Part shown: positions 1-17,453 of the stretch, piece by piece | How positions within the stretch are numbered: position 1 is the stretch's first letter | Layout: each line of letters starts with the position of its first letter | Assembly: GCA_009103225.1 (NCBI GenBank) | Contig: RHPI01003124.1 | Span: 311,757 to 375,756, forward strand | Direction of reading: 5' to 3' | DNA length: 64,000 bases | From: Chlorokybus atmophyticus | Taxonomy: Eukaryota; Plantae; Mesostigma and Chlorokybus algae | The notes under the pieces: model-generated | Database searches by the model: none | Told to the model about the DNA's origin: nothing | What the model saw: the letters and a program-made list of their open reading frames with translations, nothing else | Program-made: the position numbers and the translations under genes

Positions 1-1495
1 CCTGGCGCATGGGCACCAGGTGGGCAGTGCCTGTTTGTGACAATGCAGCCATGCTTGTAACGCACAGTGCCTCGCAACCTTCCACCACTGCTCATGTCCT
101 GATTGCAGTTCTGTGTCACTGCATGTGCGTGTGTTGCAGAGAGTGTTGCGCAATCCTCTTCAGCGGCGGCCAGCTTGAGTTTGCACGGAGTAAATATGCT
201 GTACAAACAGTCCTTATAACAACTTGCAGACTTACTGCCAGTGGTCTATTTGGAATCGAAGTGACGGCTTAGCACCCAGCAGAAGTTGTGTAACAGAACC
301 GCGCTTGCAATAACAGCCGAAGACAACAACGACAGCACCAACATCACCCGGTAATGTTGGTGCTGTCGCTATTGTGGCTGGGCCACCCACAACAACCACA
401 ACAACGCCAACAATAGTGCTTGCGTTCCTTGTTCTCTTGGCATGGCGGCAGTGGTCACGGACGTAAATCATCTACTGCTAGGTGCAGACCGACTTGAACA
501 CTACCAATGGCGCCATATCTGAGGTGTGAGGTGCGAGATGGGACACCCACTACAGCAAACACATACTTGACAGTGCTTACCAACTATAGTTGTTCACTTT
601 TCGCAATAAGGTAGCATAAGTTGGCGTGTTGTGCCCGTCAAGCAAGTCCTGTTGTTATGGTTTGGCCATACTGCGTCTGATGGCCTGTATGAGTGAGATC
701 TGTTGCATGTTGTGCATGGCAACAACTCCCCTCCTTTTTATGCACGCTGACAGCATAATGGCTGTGCCCTGACTGTGTACTCACAAGTAAACTGTACTAT
801 TGACATATTCTGTGTTTTCGTAGTCGGCATTGCAGGAAGCGCCACTTGTTCTCGCTATCACCAGCGCCAGGTGGCAACACTGCAAACGTCAACCCAACAT
901 CAAGTGCAAGGTATGGTGGTGCATATTGTACATTGTGGTGCGTAAAAGATGTTGCATGTGTTTGACTGCAGGTTGGTCGGTGGTAAGCTGGTGTATCCGG
1001 AGCCAACCAACCGTATTCTCTAGATAAAAAATAGAAAGGGAGCAAACAGCGGCGGCTCGCAGCACCGGAAGTGTCTATGGCCAAACACAAGCAGGCGCTT
1101 GGCAGCTGATGGGACCTGCGTCAGGTGAGGACTGAAAGACACATGCATGTGCGCACAAACACGTGTATACACACATGCACGTGTGTACACACGTGCATGC
1201 ACACTCAAGCAGACTGACGCACGCATGCGCACACACGCACACGCGCCGGCACACCCGCACGCGCACGCCGACCCCGACGCATACACTCTTCACGTCTGTG
1301 GATACATGCATACATACGCTTGTGCACACACCCACACACGCCCAATTTGCACAACGGTGCCTCACCAATATTTCAACGCAGGACGGATACCAAACTGACG
1401 GCACGAGAGCATAGCACGTGGTGAGCAGAAAAGATGCCACCAGTGCAGGCAAAACGCTCACCAAGCGCACAAAATGCTTGCTTGCCGAGCCCAAG
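1..1495 (+). pseudogene. Decayed inverted paralog of the CDCA7-like gene at 6236-7523 (includes homologous upstream region, truncated inside the zinc finger)
   Basis: Colinear nucleotide similarity to the reverse complement of ~6480-7950, e.g. caggtgggcagtgcc, cacaagcaggcgcttggcagct, tgccaccagtgcaggca. Exon-equivalent segments carry stops (tag/taa near 1021-1027 and ~1412) and deletions. Confidence 0.85.
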
Positions 1496-1668
1496 GTTTG
1501 GCGACATTGCAGGTGGTTCTGATCACTTTAAACATCGCAGCTCACACAGTACGTGCAAGTGCGCTTGACCTATAGCATGATAATCAGAAGGCTCATACAG
1601 TCTATCTCATATTCTACACTGCATCATGTTCTACATCAACGCGCTTAAGCTGCATAACATCAGAGGTC

Positions 1669-3409
1669 CTACCTTTTATGCCTGACTAGCTCGTATCCCG
1701 TTGTCGCAGGCTTAGCTGTTGGTGTCCTTACAGCGCCTCCATGGTAATTCTCTAACACTGTCGATTGATACGCAATGATGCTATACTGCTGCATTTGCCT
1801 CGTCCAAGTCTCCCGTACTTGGTGCAACTGGAGCTTATTTGGTCTGTATTTTGTCCTAGAAGACGCTCGACCTCCTTCGGATCCGAGCCTCTCAATCACA
1901 TCGTTTAGTTTTCTCTCCATTTGAGACCAGAATGCTGATAACACCTGGAGAGTCCCTGACAAGTCTTTGGTTGCCTTCAGGTACCTGGTGGCTTCCGTTG
2001 CTAGCTGCTGAAATTGCTCAGCTGTGTAATGGGAAGCTGCAGCACATGAACACAGCCATGAGGATATGAGCGCCCGTCCATTTGCACGTTGAACAGCACA
2101 GTTGCTGCACGAGACAAAGAGTGCAACCTACCACATTCCTGCTTGTAGCCGTGAACAGCAGCGACAACTCCAACGGTACCAAACCCCATGCCAGCGAAGG
2201 ACATTGCTAGGAACCCCGTTGCGACGGGGATCCCCATAACGGGTATGAACATGAGGCCGTAGCCCAAACCCCATAGTGCAGCGCCAGACGCAGCTCCTGC
2301 CATGCCAGCCTTTTTGTACCAGGCACCGTTTTCCTTTGCCTTGCTGCTTGCAGCCACTTCCGCCAACAGCGTTTGCATTCTCGTTCCTACAATCTACAAG
2401 AACACAATTGCTTTGCATGTGAGTATCATATCGCTGCTGCGCACCTCAACACACCTGAAAGCCCTTGTCAGCAGTGTCGCTACTGCAGCTGTACTCCTCA
2501 GAAAGCTTCTGTGCTGATGTTGCATGCTTGCGCGCAGAGTCCCGCATGTCTGATATCATTGCAATCGCGTCTTGGGTGTAAACCAGCCCTGACTGCAAGA
2601 TTACGTCTACAAGTCGAACGCCATTCCTGTCAAGTGTTACAAGCTAATGAGCAGTCGTGCACGTGTGGAAAGCAATGAGCGGGAGTACTTACTCAAAGAA
2701 CTGGATTCCATCCAAGGCTGCTTCTCTTGCTTGCTTAGTAGTGGTGACGAAGTTGTCGCGGGCCCTCTCAACCTGCCGCTGTCCCCTCCGACATTCCGCA
2801 TCCGACAACTTGATGGTATTTGACAGACTGAACAACTCCCAGGCTGCGGTGATTGCGTCTCCTGTTTGCTGTACCATTTGCACATCCTCGTCTCGCAGAA
2901 CTGGCAAGAAAGGGTCATTGGCAGGCGATCTGAAGACGAGAGCCCACAATGGGCTGGGACGGGCTGATGCAGAGCGGTGCCTGCTGCTTCCTGAAGCGCG
3001 CACACGCATACCCCACAACCCGACAAGCATGCAGAGGAGAACTGCTGGCACTGCCGCCATGCAAGACCACCACGATGACCACCATGGTGCAACTGAGAGG
3101 GAAGGATGAAGAGCGAGCCCGTGCTGAGCCACAATAATATCGCCTTGCGTGAGAACCTGGAGTTCAGCCTGCAGACAATATGCGTGTGTGACACAGATTT
3201 ACCAGCAGTATGCATGACCCGTGTGAGCTATTTAGCATCTTGTAACACCACTGGCATGGCATGCTAGAGCCCAAACAGCTGGCACTCGGCTTGAAAGGGC
3301 ATGGTTAATGGTAAATTTTTACCTGAGCACGGTCATGGGCAACTACAACAGCGAACTCCCAGGAAGCCGATAGCGCTACTGCTAGCAGCCAACAGTGCCC
3401 TCTCACCAT
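1669..3409 (-). CDS. Secreted ~438-aa alpha-helical protein with a Gly/Ala-rich hydrophobic hairpin (pore-forming toxin/apolipoprotein L-like architecture)
   Basis: Five exons with GT-AG boundaries and consistent phases: 3409-3323, 3168-2693, 2593-2455, 2393-2132, 2021-1669 (1317 nt). N-terminal signal-like MVRGHCWLLAVALSASWEFAVVVA; ~50-aa hydrophobic segment AGMAGAASGAALWGLGYGLMFIPVMGIPVATGFLAMSFAGMGFGTVGVVAAV flanked by amphipathic helices. The gene model is stronger than the functional call. Confidence 0.75.
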
Positions 3410-4678
3410 CGTGCACTGCAGGAAGGAGAGGAGTTGAGCACACACCAGACTACAGCATGCAATCATTCACCGACTGCCTGGGGAGCAGTGCACGCACCCT
3501 AGTTTGCCCTCGCCAAGACATGCAATGCTCACCTGCGTTTAAGACTACAACACACGGCTTGAATGGACAGAGAGGAACAGGAAGGGTGGGGGCAGCTGTG
3601 CCCACCCTTTACTGCTCTCACACACCTCGCAGCAAACCCCCTTGCATTTGCCGCCCAAACAACCTACCTGAGTGCAGTTGTACACAAGGGTCAAAGGGGG
3701 GGGGAGGGGGGNNNNNNNNNNGGGGGGGGGGGGGGGGAGCAGAGGGAGGCGCACACAGCCTCCCCCTGCTCTCTCTCCTCCCAGCCACGTTCCTTGACCG
3801 GCTGCATCACGTGAGTATCAGTATCATTTCCCGGCTTTCCCGGCTGCCGTCACATCGTAGGGACATCTGCACGTCCCAGCAGCCGTCTGATCATCGCGAC
3901 TTGGTTCGCACGTGGCGGCGGATGATGAACCTGTAGCACGCACGCGTACTGCAGGGGTTACCCAGCTGTTTACAGTCCAGGCTGAGAGCATATACTGCAC
4001 CTGGCGCTATCTGATGCTATAATGGAGGTGTCCAGGCGCTTACAAAGGAGTAGAAGTAACAAAGAAGAATGCTGATAACGCGCTTTTAGAGTAATACCCA
4101 TCATGCTACGACTACCAAACGCCAAATGCCATTTATCTGAACCATTGATCACAAATGAGAAATGTGCCTTTCACGTAAACAACCTACGATATACTCGCTT
4201 TCGCAATAATGAGTTTATTCATATTATACAAAATTAATAGGGTTATTCGTGTCCACGGATTTACCTGGCGGGGTTGAATTGCGTATAATGGATCATATAG
4301 CTTATGTGTTTTAAACACGTGCACAAATTGCACATAGTGTGCATCCTGAAATGCAACCCTTATGAATCAAGCTTAAGCGAATATAAGTTATGGCCCGACA
4401 TATGATGCAAGCTATGCGTTGACCACAACACCCTTATGAGTAAGAATTACCATTATCATTTTATTCCAGCGTGGTACGATTATAAAAATGTTAATATCAT
4501 CAAAACTCATATTGTGGATTGAAATGCAAAACGAAGTCTTTTTGTTGAATATTTGATTCAAAACAATCGCTTATACATCAATGAAGCTACTTTGAGGCAT
4601 GTTATCAAACCATGCATGTGTGCTGATGTTGCTGACCTCAATTTGCTGATCAACCGTATATTGTCAAATACCCCAAAG

Positions 4679-4713
<35 letters not shown>

Positions 4714-5275
4714 NNNNNNNNNNNNNNNNNNNNNNNNNNNNNNNNNNNNNNNNNNNNNNNNNNNNNNNNNNNNNNNNNNNNNNNNNNNNNNNNNNNNNNN
4801 NNNNNNNNNNNNNNNNNNNNNNNNNNNNNNNNNNNNNNNNNNNNNNNNNNNNNNNNNNNNNNNNNNNNNNNNNNNNNNNNNNNNNNNNNNNNNNNNNNNN
4901 NNNNNNNNNNNNNNNNNNNNNNNNNNNNNNNNNNNNNNNNNNNNNNNNNNNNNNNNNNNNNNNNNNNNNNNNNNNNNNNNNNNNNNNNNNNNNNNNNNNN
5001 NNNNNNNNNNNNNNNNNNNNNNNNNNNNNNNNNNNNNNNNNNNNNNNNNNNNNNNNNNNNNNNNNNNNNNNNNNNNNNNNNNNNNNNNNNNNNNNNNNNN
5101 NNNNNNNNNNNNNNNNNNNNNNNNNNNNNNNNNNNNNNNNNNNNNNNNNNNNNNNNNNNNNNNNNNNNNNNNNNNNNNNNNNNNNNNNNNNNNNNNNNNN
5201 NNNNNNNNNNNNNNNNNNNNNNNNNNNNNNNNNNNNNNNNNNNNNNNNNNNNNNNNNNNNNNNNNNNNNNNNNNN
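4714..5275. other. Assembly gap (N run) preceded by poly-C
   Basis: Run of n; a 10-N gap also lies at 3712-3721 inside poly-G. Confidence 0.99.
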
Positions 5276-6235
5276 CTCTCCCTTACTACAACACCCCCGA
5301 TTGAAAAGGTGAGGGGTTGGGGCGTGTGTGTAAACCCCCTTTTACTCTCATTTTCTACCCCTAACACAACACCCTCCATTGTGTGTTTTTTTTTTGGTGG
5401 GGTGGGGGTGGGGGGAAGGGGAGCTTTGATTGTAAGGGGCTGTATTCGACAAAATATGGTATGTTGCGTCTGACAGTTACGAATTGGAATGTTACGACAT
5501 ATCATTCTCAGCATATGCGTTGTAACCAGACCAATTGTACAAGTAAAGCACTCATGAAGGACGCGAGCATTTGTTATGTAATATAACCGTTCGTAAAGTG
5601 GTATCCCTTCAACAAAATTGCCAAAAATATACTACATTCAATACATTATTTTGTTTGAGCCGGCGAGGCTTGTATTTAGGCAAAGGTGTGCAATAAAGGT
5701 GTCTCCCACCCTCTGGTCTAGCTAGTGCACGTAGAGCAAGCATAGCGGGTGCCCACCTAGTTTTTTGGCTTGTTGTTTGCGTGTGCTTGTGCTTGTGCTG
5801 GTAATGCAATCTGCCTTGTCCCATTAACTGGCCCCTGCCGTTCTTCACAGCCAATTGCTATATCATGTGCAACAACAACAACAACATGCGTTGACTGGCT
5901 TGGCAATGGTGTGCAATAATTCAATGATGTGATGAGTACATGGTCCATGAGTAGTAGTAAACTAGGCTGAGCTGAACAATCCATTGCAAGATAGCACGAC
6001 ATTGCATAGTGTTGCCTAGTGTAAATGAGTGTATAGGAGTACAAAGTGGCTGTAGCAAGATGCCAACCACGCACCCATATTAAATACAGACCTGCATCTG
6101 TGTCCATGTGTTTGATATTTAACCAGGCTGCGCTGTACAAAGACTGTAAATATTGATTGATGCGCGTGCATGTGCGCATGCGAGCTAATTGTGCTCATGT
6201 CCAGAGCACCAACACGCAGTGAAAAGACTTGGCTG

Positions 6236-7523
6236 CTAACTATCCAGTGTCGCATCAGCATCGTCACTCTCAGCCTTATAGTATTTATCTACCAGGTAGT
6301 GCGCCACGGAAGCATGCCCGTGCGCAACAACAGACTTGTAAAGCTGTCCGGTTGGACCCCAACCCTTCTTGGGTCTGCATATGCTGCAGTTGCATATGTC
6401 TCTGCAGATGGGACAGACCCACTCTGCATTGGTGAGGGCCTCGTCCACGTTCTCGCCGTACCGCATGAACAGACAGTCACCGCAGAACTGGCCCTGTTTG
6501 GCTTGACAACGTGAACACTCACTGCGCTTGCCGAGCGTCTTCTGCCTGCACTGGTGGCACGTCTTGCCGCTCACCATGTCGTATACTCTTGTGCCGTCGG
6601 CTTTGTATCCATCCTACATGATAGCACAGTGAGCTGTTGTGCAAGTGTGCGTGTGGGTGTGCAAGTGGGTGCATCGTGATAGGTGTGTGTACGTGAAGTG
6701 CACATACGGTCGTATGTGTGTGTGTTCGCATGTGCGCACATGCGCGCGTGCGTGCATGTGCTTACTTGAAACAGGACCCAAGGAGTTGTATAGCTGCCAA
6801 GCGCCTGCTTGTGCTTGTCTGTATACACTTCTGGTCTGTCCCCTGACGTGAGTCGCGGCTGCCTCACTTTCTTTTCGTCGACCAGCGCGTCCGTTGGATT
6901 AACATACACCGGCTTGACACCAACTAACCTGCAGATGCATAGCAGACACATATCACAACACCTGTTACACGCCACAATATGACAACAGTATAAGTCACCA
7001 ACTACCTTGCACTGCGTCGCACAGGCTCGGGCGGTGTCAAGCTTAGTCGCCTCACAACACCGGGCTTTGATATTGGGTTGGAGTGGCTGATGTTGCCACC
7101 TGGCGCCGGCGATAGTGAGGACAATCGGCGCTTTGTTTCTTGCAATCCCAACTGCAAACGCACATTGAAGTTGGTATGCATGCTGACATAGTGGGTCACT
7201 TGTGAGTACAAAGCCAGCACAAGGCCTTCGTGCTAGCAGCTTGCATGAAAAGGAGGGGAGCTGATGACACACACAACATGCAGCACATTCCACTCATGCG
7301 GGCCATGAGATAGACGGCCAAGAAGCCATCAGAGAGGTCTTTAACTCATGGCAACATGTGCTTACATTGAGCACAGCACACCAACACGCTTCGTGACAAG
7401 CACTGTCCAGCACTGTTTGCTGTATTGTGTAGCACCCATCTCACACACCTCAGACAGGCGGCGTTTGTTGCGTTCCAGGTTGGTCTGGCGCTGCACCTCA
7501 TAGTCGCTGGCCACCGCCGCCAT
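6236..7523 (-). CDS. CDCA7: CDCA7-like zf-4CXXC_R1 zinc-finger protein, ~253 aa
   Basis: Exons 7523-7449, 7151-7006, 6928-6766, 6613-6236, phase-consistent. C-terminal KTCHQCRQKT...CSRC...FCGDCLFMRYGE...WVCPICRDICNCSICR is the 4CXXC_R1 signature; N-terminal DYEVQRQTNLERNKRRLSELGL helix. Confidence 0.9.
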
Positions 7524-8712
7524 GCTGACAGGCACAACTGTTGTTGTTGTTGTTGGCTGTAGTTGTCAACACTGGTTTGGCTACAGCATGTTACACAGCT
7601 GTTGATGTGCCACTGCCGGTCAGTAAGCGTCGATCCTTCATCGCAAGAAGATCACTGGCAGTCGTCTGCAAGCAGTGGCAAGCTGTTCAGGGCAGGGCGT
7701 TGCTTGTACAGCAACCTCACTGAAGCAGCTCAAGCTGGGTGCAGCTGGATTAGTAACGGGAAACGTGCATGCACGCACACACTCACGCGTATGTACGCAC
7801 ACTCGCAAGCACCCACTCACACATACAAACTTCAGCTAGGATACTGAACAGTGAGTCAAGAAGGTTGCAAGCTATTGCGCATGACAAGCAGGGCTGAGGC
7901 AAGCTGCATTGTGCCACAGGCCGGCACTGCCCACCTGCTTCCCATAAGCCAGGGACCGGAGTAAAGCGTCCGCGGATGGAAAGCTCAATGACACGCGTTT
8001 GAGTGATTTCACATGTCGTTGTCGCCGAGCTGGTCAACCCTGCCGCCGCCAACGCCACCGCCGCCACCGCTGCTTGGCGCCAAGACGGACGCCCCGGTTT
8101 GGTCGATCGGGCTCCGGTCTGATGCGGATCAGTCGGCCTAACGGCTAGCTGACGACTTCATCACCAGTACATGAAACGCCACCAGTAGCCACACCTGTAA
8201 ATCACGACGGTAATCCTCATGGGTTCCTTTGCAGCTGTTTTGGTAAAATGCACATATTGCAAGTGTAACATCTGTTTCATGCGAAATCTATGCGGATATA
8301 TTGCCAACTTGCCATACATAGGCTGACGAAATGACAGATGCAAGTACAAGCAACACTTACAAGCTTACAGGCAAAATCAAAACGATTAAGGCATGGGCAA
8401 CTGATGGCTATGTGCTCTAGCTATGTGTGTGCAATGTGGCGAAGGGGCGAGCAGGCAAGCAGGCAGGCGGCGAGCATGATAGCTGAGCCTAGCAAACCTG
8501 AGCAAGTAGGCGCCTTGATTGACAGTATCAATAGTAAGGGCCGTGCAGGTAGGGCGAAAGAAGCAACAGCAAGGCAGGCAAGGCGTGGTGAGCGGCGGGC
8601 GGTGTGATGTGTTGTATACATACTGTATTTACGTATAAGCGTATACATACTGTTGCATAAAATAAGCTTAATAATATGGTACATGGTACATGCAAAGCAC
8701 ACACAATACGGA

Positions 8713-8713
8713 T

Positions 8714-8770
<57 letters not shown>
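8713..8770. repeat. (CA)n(TA)n microsatellite
   Basis: Directly visible; abuts the left end of the hairpin-rich element. Confidence 0.95.
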
Positions 8771-8773
<3 letters not shown>

Positions 8774-8776
8774 ACG

Positions 8777-13084
<4,308 letters not shown>

Positions 13085-14804
13085 NCCCACCCCTGTTTTT
13101 ACCTCCTCTCCCTGCTTGTCCTCTTTGTGGTTGCGGTAGTGTTAGTGAAAATGGAAATTGACTATAGGCTTGGATTGCGCTAGGTATGCTACTTGCCCGT
13201 GTCTAGCTCTTTGCCTGTCCGTCCGTTGTGCCCTACGCCTTGCATTCACTTGAATAAGCGCATACATCTAGCTTGATTGTCATTGCTGGTTGTGATTAAT
13301 TGTATCCGCCTCTATCGTTGTGAGTGCTGATGTGCTTGTGAAATTACGTGTGCTTGCATGCAAACTTGCATCAACAATACTTGGTCTTCTTGCAAGAGCT
13401 TACAACATTGGAGATTGAAGCAGCGCCGAATATGAAAAAAAAGGATGAGCACCTCAAAATATTGCACTCCCGTCATCTACCTCCCGAGTAAAGGAGTTTG
13501 GTAATTAATAACCACAGCTGTAACATGAGAACATTGAAGGCTTTTGAACATGACACTCCGCATGCAAATGGCTCAGTGATGGGATCAATACACAATGCTT
13601 ATCATAAGACTCCACATGTATAGCAAGTGATGCTCTTTATATTGCCATACTCTTTGGAATGTGCGTTATCAATCCTCAAATAAAAGCAGCAAACTACCCC
13701 AATAGTTTGCATCGATCTCACCTTTGGTCATCAATTGTGCATTCGGTTTATTTGCATTTGATGGTGTGATCAAGCTATTAACTTCAAGAATGTGTGCATG
13801 CGTATAGTGCACATAATGCAAACAAAAGCATAATTTGTCAATAACCACCTAATCACTATGACTCACCATTAACCATTTTATTGTAATGATTAGCTGTAAC
13901 TTGATTGTAACTAGCCAGCGAGAATATTACACACGTCGCTATAAAGTTGCTATAACACCCGAGCTACATGATATTATTGTAGATCATGCCATAAGCAGTT
14001 GGCAAGGCTCAATAAACATGCAATTCCATTTGGAATATGTAATGATACATCTTGTGTATAAACCTTCACAAAATAATTATTCAGCTTCAAGAGCATACGT
14101 TTCACCAATCTCAATAATAGCTGACTGCTATTCTATCAGATACACACCAATCATGGCGATTACCTATCAACATATTTGCGCAAGAAGGAATATTAGACAT
14201 ACTAGACCTCATGATTGTAGTTGGTCAATTTTCAACCAAGAATGACAATTCGTTGGTTTATGCGTGCATTACATGTACATAGCTTACATTACAGGGGTAG
14301 GCCTACTCACCATTAGAGTCGTGACTCACGAGGCCAGCTTGCTACGCAGGACTCCTGAGGCAGTGGGCCACGTTGGACCTCGAGTGGCCCATTCGTCATG
14401 CGTGACGGCCACAATCAAGCTGTGTGCGTGACCTGCGCGTGACGGTACGGCGTGGGCGGCGGCGGCGGCGTCGTTGTTGTCGTTGTCACGCTGCCCGGTG
14501 GCGTTGGTTTCAAGTCAGTTGGAGTCATGCGAATGGAGCGGTAATTAGCCTAGAGGAACATCTGTTTCTGTTGCTGGAATCTTGCCTGTGTCCGCCGTGG
14601 CCTCAGGGAGGGTGCTGGTTTGCAAGCTACTAGGCGCAGGCCAGGCCAGGCTGCTGGGGTTGAAGTGCGCATGCTTGGAAGCTTAACGTTCGGCCTGGTA
14701 GCTGCTTTAGTGTACATGTGCGACAGAGCTACGGAGGAGTCCAAGTGGCAGCCTAGGCAGCTGTAGCTGCTGCGTGCTGCTGAACCGCAGCTGTAAGAAA
14801 CTAG

Positions 14805-17453
14805 ATGGAGGAAGAAGATAAAACCCCAGTTGGATTGAGAATAAACCTTCTGGACAGCGATGGCATCATCATCGGCGACATCAGGTAGGGCTCTCTTTGA
14901 CATGACACTCGCATTGTGTGAAGATGAATGCCACTTCAAGCATTGGGCATCTACAATGCCCAGCATGCAGTGAAGATATATAATGCATATCTTACTGACA
15001 GACCTGCCTATGTCAATGATGTGTCCGCAACCATGCATGCATGGCATGTGTATCACACGCAAAACCCGGGAGGCATTGCGTGCTTTTTCTTGCATGGGCA
15101 TGCCACTCACGTTGAAATGTTGCTGGTAGCGTATAACCCGCACACACACGCACGTACCGGTGCTGCAGTGAGTAAGTACAAGTACTTTATATCCTTGCAG
15201 TGGGGATTTGGAGGAGTCCTTCACGCTGGACACGTTTGCCTCATTGGCAAAGGCGCATGCTTATGCTGGCAAGGTCAGCACTGTGCCTTAGCATCGCAAG
15301 GGAAGCTCCATTTGCTGCAATCTGACTGGCTTCAACAACAACTTCAGTAACAAGTACACATTGCTGTGTTTTGCAGAGTTTCGTCATCGCTGAAGTTGTC
15401 ACACGCGACAAAGAGCGCCCAAACCTCATCCATCGGTCATACTACAGCGCCCACCATCTAAACAAAATCCTCTTTAAGTAAGCAATTTGTCAAAGGCGCT
15501 TGCACACACACAAACATGTGCACACAAGCATGCACATCGGCATTGTGCTATCAAGCAGGCTGATTGCTTTGGCAACCTTTACAGGAGGGGCCGCTATGGC
15601 GAACAGCAGCACCGATATCACCGCAACTTTCCAATCACAGTCATAAACCCTCTGACAAACTCCGAAATCCTCGGAGAGGTAAGGACACCCTTGAAACTCA
15701 GTACCTTGGGACCAATATATTGTGTAGAAACACATTCAAACTTGATAACAGTTACCGTAGCAGACAAACAATACGACCACTAACCAACATGTGTGCATGA
15801 ACGCGCATGATCCAACATACTTGTCTTTGCAGGTTGCATACTACTCAGTGGCATTCCCTCCACTATCCGAGCTCGACGCGATATCTGAGTTGCCTTCCTC
15901 TCCCGCCAGCTCCTCGCCGGCATTCATGCTGAGGTCTCCCACAACAGCCTCCTCATCCGTCCCGCCTGCAGTGTCATGTGCAACCACGCCATTGTCGTTG
16001 TCCACGCCGTCTCTCCCGCGCGCGGCCTCGGCCATACCCGTTCACATGCCTTTCTCCTTCGCACCCGCCTCATCAGCTGATAATAGTGCTGCGGCCACGC
16101 CCGTGTCAAGTCGAGCTTTTCATCACAATCGCAACGACTCGCAGCGGTTGTCTGAGAGCAGCACACCCATGTGGCATCAGCATCATCATCATGTTGGTGG
16201 AGATGGTGATGGTGTTGGGAATGAACCCAAAGCCAACAATAGTAGTGTTGGTGTGGTGTCGGTCCTGATTGAAGACCCTGTGGCTGAGGGAGGGTGCCAA
16301 GCTGATGATGCGCAGAGCGCGCAGCACCAGGATGACTACGACCAGTTCAGCCGTTGGCCTCGTAACTTACTCACCGCCAAGTTCATTGGCACGGACTACA
16401 ACTTTGTGCACTCCAGGTGGGCTGGTGTTTGACGTGCGCAATGTTGGTGTATCTACATGTTCTCTGTAGATAGCTTGAAAGGCAGGTTTCACATTGTTTC
16501 TCATGTTGTGCCCGATCAAACCAAAGGTTTTTTCCACAGGGTTCTTCGTAAGATATTTGATGATAACGCGTTGACGCCAAGTCTCCGGACCTTCATTGAA
16601 CCGGACGCATTGCGGCTAAGTTCAGGCGACCGCTCTGATGGCAAGTGCTTGCTTGATATCAAGCGCTCACATTTGCGATTGTCGGTTTTCGGCACAATAT
16701 CAATCCCTTTGCACTGCAGGTGCGGATTCGTTGCTCAGAGCTCTGGCCCGATTGGCCCCGCAGGTGCGGATTAATTGATCTCATGCGGCTTCATGCCACA
16801 CTATCCGCTAGCATTGTGTAGCATTGTCTCATTCAAGTGGTTGTGTTTGTTGATTAGATGGTGGAACAGGGTGCAGTGACTCCCTCAAGAAGATCTGTCA
16901 TTCGTGTTCCGTATGGCCGCGCTGTCATACTCGGCAGGTATTAGGCTCTCACCAACCATTCACCTTTGGTTGAAACAATGTGATTGTTCACCAACTCAAC
17001 CGCTTTTCTCGTCTTCACCACGCAGCATTGCGAGCCTTTACGTGTTGACCTGCATTATCATCCTTACGGTCGCCATCCTTAACCTCTGCACCACAGAAAG
17101 CGCCCGCCACGTAAGTATACAAGCTTTTGGCGCGCATGTGAGTGTGTGCGTGTGTCCGTGTATGCCTGTATCTGATAGCTTGCACGGTATGACAGACGGA
17201 TTGGTACTGGAGTTTCCTTCCACTGTTTTCATTCACCACCGACAGGGTTACGGCGTTGGTGTACCAGGTGTCCGAGCCTCGCGCGGCATTGCCAATCAAG
17301 TTCCTCTTGTGGGCAGTGTACATAATCCTCCCCACAGCCATCCTGAACCTCACCACCTTGCGAGATATCCTGAACATTGTGTTTTCCGTCACCTTTCTTT
17401 GCTACTCATTCATGTGGTACCTGACGCTAGGCAGGCACAAATCACTAATATAG
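14805..17453 (+). CDS. DUF5092-like protein with C-terminal transmembrane helices
   Basis: Spliced exons give MEEEDK...GDLEESFTLDTF...FVIAEVVTRD...YYSAHHLNKILFK...NPLTNSEILGEVAYY...FIGTDYNFVHSRVLRKIFDDNAL, followed by hydrophobic helices (SIASLYVLTCIIILTVAIL; KFLLWAVYIILPTAIL; NIVFSVTFLCYSFMWYL). Family assignment from remembered motifs. Confidence 0.7.

Noticed and set aside
4553-5514. Long ORFs in the track spanning poly-C and N runs
   Set aside because: Their length comes from the assembly gap.
7783-8067. Upstream ORF MAAVALAAAG... as an N-terminal extension of CDCA7
   Set aside because: It starts at a non-ATG codon and I found no phase-consistent link to the coding exons; more likely 5' UTR.
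13400-14300. AT-rich islands (also ~4150-4680 and ~52400-53300) as possible foreign DNA
   Set aside because: No convincing ORFs, termini or mutual similarity; they could be decayed repeats or plain intergenic DNA.
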